A stretch of DNA of 64,000 nt, taken from contig CAMXYK010000005.1 in the NCBI GenBank assembly GCA_947253155.1, forward strand, positions 472-64,471. Direction: 5' to 3'. Shown here piece after piece: positions 59,001 to 64,000 of the stretch. The position numbers and the translations under genes were made by a program. Every line of letters begins with the position of its first letter. Within the stretch, counting starts at the first letter, position 1. This DNA is from an uncultured Bifidobacteriaceae bacterium (GTDB lineage: Bacteria > Actinomycetota > Actinomycetes > Actinomycetales > Bifidobacteriaceae). A model generated the notes under the pieces. It had not been told where the DNA came from. It was given only the letters and a program-made list of their open reading frames with translations, and did not search any database.

Positions 59001-59445
59001 TAATGGCGCAATAGACACCTTAAAACAGCTTGGTATTGGCGGCATTTACATTGTAAACGATGCTAGCTCTCACAAAGCTGTTAAAGAAAGCAAAATGTCA
59101 ATACAGCAATTGTTGCATCCTGTTGTAACTTTAGAAAATAATATTAATAAAGAAGCTACTGAGCGTTTAATAGCACATGTAAATGCTGCTGAAAGTGCTC
59201 AATTAGTAGTGTCTTTGCCTCAAGGAACTTATTTCCGTTTTGATGGAATGTATGATGCTAAAACATTAAAAGAAACTTCGCCATATTATCGTTCAAGACC
59301 TCTTTCTTGGAGAATACCTTGGGTTGTTTCCTCCGTAATAGTATTACTAATATATTGCTTGGTTGCGGTTCCTCGTTTTGGAAGACATACTATGATTGAG
59401 CGTTCGGATGATTTGCATGAGGAGGAATTAGATGAGTTGGCGTAA
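56041..59445 (+). CDS. GT2-like glycosyltransferase fused to a multi-TM domain
   Basis: LWLLHDDS, GAKQ, GEPDQEQYD, DFCRR; many TM helices; followed by DUF5719-like gene. Confidence 0.75.
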   Translation: MDSIIAHTNAFEDEVLKVLSTAKTARPHEVDSSIMAMMCVERDTRFYQDTLKAVLSQTVFPGTLVIVDCANRVKQTMQTTVGIQLDSMAFTNMVTSNSAIARNAVLSYKNNIEANNSVENSDAKYRSNVSYNNGIEHKTMRVIIIPVSSAHSFGDAIEKSLRKLLPCAGVSALWLLHDDSRPQDAHCLEALCETWHNNPTASVMGAKQVDWDGKVLHNVGMYAWHHTVHTLTVDGEPDQEQYDGRGDVYAVSLAGALVTLTAWQTLRGTQPWMTTFGESRDFCRRVCLSGGRVVVVPSARIAHRRARLEGLRTRSGEARTSEKSGISNGIGYSLIANQRYKYTDARMFLWPLIWLCSLPVSLVGALYSLFAKHPYVAWIRLILPWLAIMQLPRAVFARRRVARNTRVSLKRLTSLVADRHQVARWKDRNVAFKVQQHCVLLSPLARRHLHIRVLRRWSAVILASMLLFAVILHLYGAPWRDVLGGASWYAQEWLPTGANFHQLFNAAIGSWIPDDGFGPALPPSPWLSVWALASLIVGANPLLSITLMFFLAAPAMCLSFWALAGVFTRSDTVRVCTGICWTMIAIAFGLFARGDLPMLMTMVFLPAAFAFSFHAVGMYVTEDPVRPVSSIQCAACAALCFMVPVAAEPQLIFPLVVIFVASFIMVRSHRLMFLLVPIPSIIVLLPTIGSAIRYGSSGMWRQLFSSMALPLRSVQGAPRAQGYIDVLLNALNMSSPHVAVNMPLLSLRTIIMVIFAVLACFMAVAALVLPFALRVSRMMWVVIISGMVLSLVSARIVIAADTTGPVAASVLPGVALSTVGVLACMCMVAGQAVRRFEPLRVTKKPESVPAEGYKTRTDKRAAMRRSAAKLLQHIIRIARAVLASGMLAMAILLGLFAVLSGPATSIAASNSGLPMVVTDYLNKDDMHRVLALRASSNHDLEIAVMRTARGDAIDESPALRVRKVMFGDSQSSKALSLSASKLLSHADNGAIDTLKQLGIGGIYIVNDASSHKAVKESKMSIQQLLHPVVTLENNINKEATERLIAHVNAAESAQLVVSLPQGTYFRFDGMYDAKTLKETSPYYRSRPLSWRIPWVVSSVIVLLIYCLVAVPRFGRHTMIERSDDLHEEELDELA

Positions 59446-61015
59446 GAGTCCTCATGATACTTCAAAGCACGGCGAATTACCTGCAGAATCAGATATTTTG
59501 CATAAGCATAAGTTGCTTGGTGTAGTTACTCTTGCCACGATAAGTGCAGTATTTCTTCTTGCAGTAGCGTTAGTTGTGGCATCATGTTTTACTTTTCCTC
59601 AATTTGTAGATAATCCTGATTCGCCAAGTAGCAGCGTAACTCGTAGCGTTGGTGCTACACGTTTGCAATCTATTTGCCCTATTCGATTGTCGTTGCCGGA
59701 TTCAACTAAGTATGGCGATAGCCAATATCAAGAATCAGAAGGTGATTTGCAATCTTTTGCACGTTACGGAGCGTTTGGTGATGTTTATAAAGCTGGAGTG
59801 CATAATATTCGAGATAATAATGATGAAACGGAATCTTTATTAACAAAAGCAGCTGATTCAGATACTTCATCACTTATTTCCAATAGTAATGTTGATCATG
59901 ATGCTCAAGCTTTAGAGGGACGTTTATCTAAAGTTGCATCAGGTACAGGAATTACTGCTTCAATGGCTTCATGGGCAACAAATGGTGATATACGAGGATT
60001 ATCTGCCACTACATGCTCTACTCCTTTAATGAAGCAAGCATTTTTAATTCCTGAAACAGGAGCTGGTATTTCTTTACGTTTAGAAGCATTCAATTCTACT
60101 TCTAAACCAACAGTAATTCGCGTTCGTGCGTGGTCTTCTAAGCATGGAAGTAATCCGTTAGCTCTTTCTACGGGAAGTGCTTTTACAGTTCCAGCTCGTT
60201 CTCACGCTTCTTTCGATCTTTCTGCTGCAGTTCCTAAATCTTCCGGACTATATGTTCAAACTGAAAGTGAGCAAGCTCCCGTTGCATCATTCGTAAAAGT
60301 TGTGCACATGAACGGACTTTCAATAAAAGGTGTCGATATTATTCGAGCATTAAGCCCTAAATCAAATTCCACTGTTCTATCTGGAATCAGCGAAGGCGAT
60401 CAAGCAAAATTATATGTATGGCCTAGCAAGGATGGCAACGCAACTATTTCTTGGATAGATGTTTCTGGAACACAAAAAGTAAAAGATATATCGCTAAAAT
60501 CTCATAATTTACAGGTTATTGATCTTGGCGCAGTTCCAGAAAAAACACATGCAATAAGTATTGAAGGCGTGCCAACAGTAGCAATGATGTCAGTTTCGCG
60601 AGATGGTAAAGATGGTCAATCAGATGTTGCTTTTGTTGAAGCATCAAGAGCACAGGGAAGTAGCGCAATCGTTTCGCCAGTTAGCGCTTCTGAAACGACT
60701 TTATACTTTGCTTCAACAAGCGATAACGATTCATCTGTGTTCTTACAAAGCTTTGGAAAAACAGGACTTCTTACAGGCAGCGAACGTATTTCCATTCCTG
60801 CTCACAGCGTAGTAAGCATTCCTGCTGAAAATATTTCAAATGATGCTGTAATGTTCACCGTAAAAACGCAAAATAATATTTCATTCTCTGCTCGTATTCG
60901 CAAAAATGAAGTAGATAAAGCCGGTGCTGCTGGTATTTCTTGGCTAGCATCACAGTCTTTAGAGCCTCAGCAAATGCAAGTGTATGTAAGTAATAATAAC
61001 CATATTGTGCATTAA
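59432..61015 (+). CDS. Membrane-anchored extracellular protein, DUF5719-like
   Basis: Single TM, CP motif, GDIRGLSATTC; conserved actinobacterial position after the GT gene. Confidence 0.6.
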   Translation: MSWRKSPHDTSKHGELPAESDILHKHKLLGVVTLATISAVFLLAVALVVASCFTFPQFVDNPDSPSSSVTRSVGATRLQSICPIRLSLPDSTKYGDSQYQESEGDLQSFARYGAFGDVYKAGVHNIRDNNDETESLLTKAADSDTSSLISNSNVDHDAQALEGRLSKVASGTGITASMASWATNGDIRGLSATTCSTPLMKQAFLIPETGAGISLRLEAFNSTSKPTVIRVRAWSSKHGSNPLALSTGSAFTVPARSHASFDLSAAVPKSSGLYVQTESEQAPVASFVKVVHMNGLSIKGVDIIRALSPKSNSTVLSGISEGDQAKLYVWPSKDGNATISWIDVSGTQKVKDISLKSHNLQVIDLGAVPEKTHAISIEGVPTVAMMSVSRDGKDGQSDVAFVEASRAQGSSAIVSPVSASETTLYFASTSDNDSSVFLQSFGKTGLLTGSERISIPAHSVVSIPAENISNDAVMFTVKTQNNISFSARIRKNEVDKAGAAGISWLASQSLEPQQMQVYVSNNNHIVH

Positions 61016-61072
61016 ATATTTGGCAAAAATTTTACTATAAATATAATCGCAATATTTTGGCAGAAATAAAAT

Positions 61073-62032
61073 ATGATTAAACGTAAGAAAATTATTATCG
61101 ACACTGACTGCGGTTCCGACGATGCTATGGCAATAGCTATGGCATTAAATGATCCTAGCTACGAAATACTCATGTTTTCTACCGTCTCTGGAAATGTGAG
61201 CATGAGTCAAGCAACCACTAATACTCTTACTACGATCGAATATGCTAATACTTACGAGCCTCCAGTTTATTGCGGAAGCCGAAATATGCTGATGAGAAAA
61301 CTCGAGTACGCTTACGAAACGCACGGCAGAGACGGCATGGGAGACATCGGTTTAGTGCCTCATAAGCTTAAGGCTTCTAAAGGGAATGCCGTTATAAAAA
61401 TGCTTGAATTTTTGCGCAATAGCAATGATGGTGAGATTGATATTATTACATTAGGCCCGTTAACTAATATTGCGCTCGCTTTGCGTCTTGATGAAGATGC
61501 AATGCGTAAAATTGGCAGGCTTACTATTATGGGTTCTGCAGGTCTTGGTAGGGGAAATGTGACCCCTGTTGCTGAGTTTAATGTTTGGCAGGATCCTGAA
61601 GCTGCAAAAATAGTTATTGAATCAGGTTTGCCAAATATTAATTTAGTTGGTTGGGATGCTTGCTTAGGAGATTGCATGTTAAATCCTAAAGAGATTGACA
61701 TGATTCGTAATAGTGGTCCGTTGGGTAAGTTTGCTATTGATTGCAATAAAGAACTTATGCAAATGAATATTGAACGCTTTGGCGACGCTTACCTTGATAT
61801 GGCCGATCCTTCAGCTGTAGCTGCAGCATTATGCCCATCTTGCGTGCAAGTTTGCGAACCTTATTATTGTGAAGTTGATGTTACTAATGGTCCAAATTAT
61901 GGTGCTGTTGTTGTGGATGTTAATAATTGCACTGGCAAAAATGCAAACGTTAAAGTTTGCAGTAAGCTAAGTGCTTCAACTTACAAGCAATATATTTATA
62001 AAACTTTAGGTGTTTGTAAATCTAAAAATTAA
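61073..62032 (+). CDS. Nucleoside hydrolase (second paralogue)
   Basis: DTDCGSDD, HGRDGMGD, LGPLTN, AEFNVWQDPEAA. Confidence 0.88.
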   Translation: MIKRKKIIIDTDCGSDDAMAIAMALNDPSYEILMFSTVSGNVSMSQATTNTLTTIEYANTYEPPVYCGSRNMLMRKLEYAYETHGRDGMGDIGLVPHKLKASKGNAVIKMLEFLRNSNDGEIDIITLGPLTNIALALRLDEDAMRKIGRLTIMGSAGLGRGNVTPVAEFNVWQDPEAAKIVIESGLPNINLVGWDACLGDCMLNPKEIDMIRNSGPLGKFAIDCNKELMQMNIERFGDAYLDMADPSAVAAALCPSCVQVCEPYYCEVDVTNGPNYGAVVVDVNNCTGKNANVKVCSKLSASTYKQYIYKTLGVCKSKN

Positions 62033-62035
62033 TAT

Positions 62036-62464
62036 TTACATTCCCCAATCAGGATCAATCTCTTCAGGCCTTCTACCATACAGTTCTGCTAATCTTTGCA
62101 CAAGCTCGTCGCGAATAGCATACTGTAATTCTGTTCTGTTGCTTACGTGCGTGCATAATGGCATACGATACAGCACAATACGAGGTGGTATTCCGCGGTT
62201 TGCTGGGAATGCTTGAGACATAATTCTGCGGTTATGCTCCCATAACACTGTTTGCGATGGTGGCACGTCTTCTACAGCGAATTGAACATCTTTTGTAAGT
62301 GCTTTCCAAGCGCTATTAAGTCTACGAATTTGAGCAGCTACCATAGCGTCAAACATGCCACTGGCTGTTCTATATTGCGGTAGACGAGTGCCGAATATTG
62401 GCGCTCTTAAACCTCGGCCATGGCGATTTCTGTAGTGTCGTTCTTCCCAAATTACGCTTGTCAT
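62036..62464 (-). CDS. Zincin-like metallopeptidase family protein (DUF1025-like)
   Basis: RNRHGRGLR, FAVEDVPP, RIVLYRMP, PEEIDP; ATG 62464. Confidence 0.7.
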   Translation of the reverse strand: MTSVIWEERHYRNRHGRGLRAPIFGTRLPQYRTASGMFDAMVAAQIRRLNSAWKALTKDVQFAVEDVPPSQTVLWEHNRRIMSQAFPANRGIPPRIVLYRMPLCTHVSNRTELQYAIRDELVQRLAELYGRRPEEIDPDWGM

Positions 62465-62600
62465 ACTTCTACTGTAAAAGAAGGCTCGGGCAAGAAAGCA
62501 AAAAAGCAAAAACTAAGTAAAATCTATTTCTAAAGTATGTGAAATATAAGCACGATATGAAATACTGTATATATAGTCTTATAAATCAGGAGGCGCTACG

Positions 62601-63419
62601 ATGCTCAAACCAATAGTTCATGATTGGGATGAGTGCAATCTTCCTGAGCTTATTTCTAAATCTTCTCTTATTGCTTTTGATTTAGACAACACGTTAGCTT
62701 GCTCTAAAAAACCTATGCTTGCTCCTATGGCAAATGCGTTAAGTGAACTTGTTAATTTAATTCCTGTTGCTATTGTTACAGGCGGCTGCTTATCTTTAGT
62801 TAAAAGTCAAGTTTTGGACGTTCTTTTAACAGGCACTAAACTTGAGAATCTTCATATTATGCCAACTAATGGAACAAGTTATTACAGAGTTGACAACAGC
62901 AAGGCTTTTCAATGTGTTTACGAGCATATTATTGATTCTGAGCAAGCTAAATATGTTGTTGAAGTTATACAAAAATATGCTAAGCAGATGGGAATTTGGA
63001 AAAGTCATGGTGATTCAATGCTTTGGGGTGAGCAGATTGAAAACCGTGGCAGTCAAATTACTTTTTCTGCGCTCGGGCAGCTTGCTCCAGTTGATTATAA
63101 AAGAGCATGGGATCCAACTGGCAGATTAAAAAATATGCTTGCTCAAAATATTTCTAAAGCTTTGCCTGATTTTGCTGTTCGCGCTGGTGGTTACACGAGC
63201 ATAGATATATATAAACGCGGTGATGACAAAGCTCAAGCATTGCTTACATTGGCTAAATATTGCGATTTTAATATTGAAAATATATCTTTTATTGGCGATC
63301 GAATGTATGACGGCGGAAATGATTATCCAACAGCTTTTACTGGCGCTTTGGCTGTGAGAGTATCAAATCCGTCTGATACTTTGAACTTGTGCCTTCGCGT
63401 GCTTGATTATTTGAAATAA
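62601..63419 (+). CDS. HAD-IIB hydrolase, eukaryote-type phosphomannomutase-like
   Basis: DLDNTL, IENRGSQITFSALG, GGYTSID, GDRMYDGGNDY; AGGAGG RBS. Confidence 0.8.
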   Translation: MLKPIVHDWDECNLPELISKSSLIAFDLDNTLACSKKPMLAPMANALSELVNLIPVAIVTGGCLSLVKSQVLDVLLTGTKLENLHIMPTNGTSYYRVDNSKAFQCVYEHIIDSEQAKYVVEVIQKYAKQMGIWKSHGDSMLWGEQIENRGSQITFSALGQLAPVDYKRAWDPTGRLKNMLAQNISKALPDFAVRAGGYTSIDIYKRGDDKAQALLTLAKYCDFNIENISFIGDRMYDGGNDYPTAFTGALAVRVSNPSDTLNLCLRVLDYLK

Positions 63420-64000
63420 GTAGTAAGCGGCATTTTTATTTAGTTTATACACATATGCACAAATTTTGCGTTTTTGAAGAGCTTTTAACCACAATGATAT
63501 TTTTTTGTTGTAATGAATTATTTAACTCTTTTATACTTGCAGCATGGTTGGGAGACGCAAAAGAATAAATAAAGTAATAAGTAAAGTAATAAATAAGATG
63601 GTAAGCAGGGTAGTAAGCAATCTATCTGAAAGAGGCATGTAGCGTGGTATGCAATGGGGGGTTCGCGTACCACGCGGCTGCGGATAATAATGAAAAGTCA
63701 GCTTACGAAAAATGGCGTTGCGAAAAATGGCGTTATGCAAAATGGAAAGATATTGCGTTTGCTATATGGAATTTGCTATTTCCTCGCGGATGCGCAGGAT
63801 GCGATGCTCCCGATTGCGTATTGTGCGAAGAATGTTGCAATGCGTTGAAATGTTGGAAGCAAGCTTCTTTTTCTAGCGTTACTTGTGGGTATCGTTATGC
63901 GTGCGGAGTATACGCTGAATCAGTAAGGCGCTCAATATTGTTATGGAAAGATCACGGTGATGTGGCGTGCAATAAAATATTTGCTAAACTTCTTTCTGAT

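Noticed and set aside
63655..63682. T-box-like CGTGGTACGCG on the minus strand
   Set aside because: Imperfect match, no stem I or terminator, and no minus-strand gene directly downstream

Overview
AT-rich actinobacterial chromosome segment. The whiB, PdtaS-like kinase, lexA-LysM-nrdR and LCP/DUF5719 gene set plus low GC point to Gardnerella (Bifidobacteriaceae); this assignment is inferred. About 1-27 kb is accessory or metabolic: sstT, cysK-cysE, a CAP-domain secreted protein, an ECF transporter, a run of same-strand cargo genes separated by palindromic repeats, a sortase-anchored surface protein, ABC-like ATPase plus YhgE/Pip, 4-hydroxybutyrate dehydrogenase and nox. About 27-64 kb is mostly core genes. 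Main observations not in the ORF track: (1) a complete cysteine attenuator upstream of cysK-cysE, with promoter, 28-aa Cys-rich leader peptide, antiterminator and intrinsic terminator; (2) a cassette-like array at 9.8-16.8 kb punctuated by two families of palindromic repeats, one lying just after the truncation point of an abiEii toxin gene; (3) a C10 tract early in the surface-protein gene, a candidate phase-variation switch; (4) a homopolymer frameshift in the ECF S-component gene; (5) several probable leaderless genes. No rRNA, tRNA, CRISPR array, integrase or transposase was seen. All product calls come from motif recognition by eye, not database searches.
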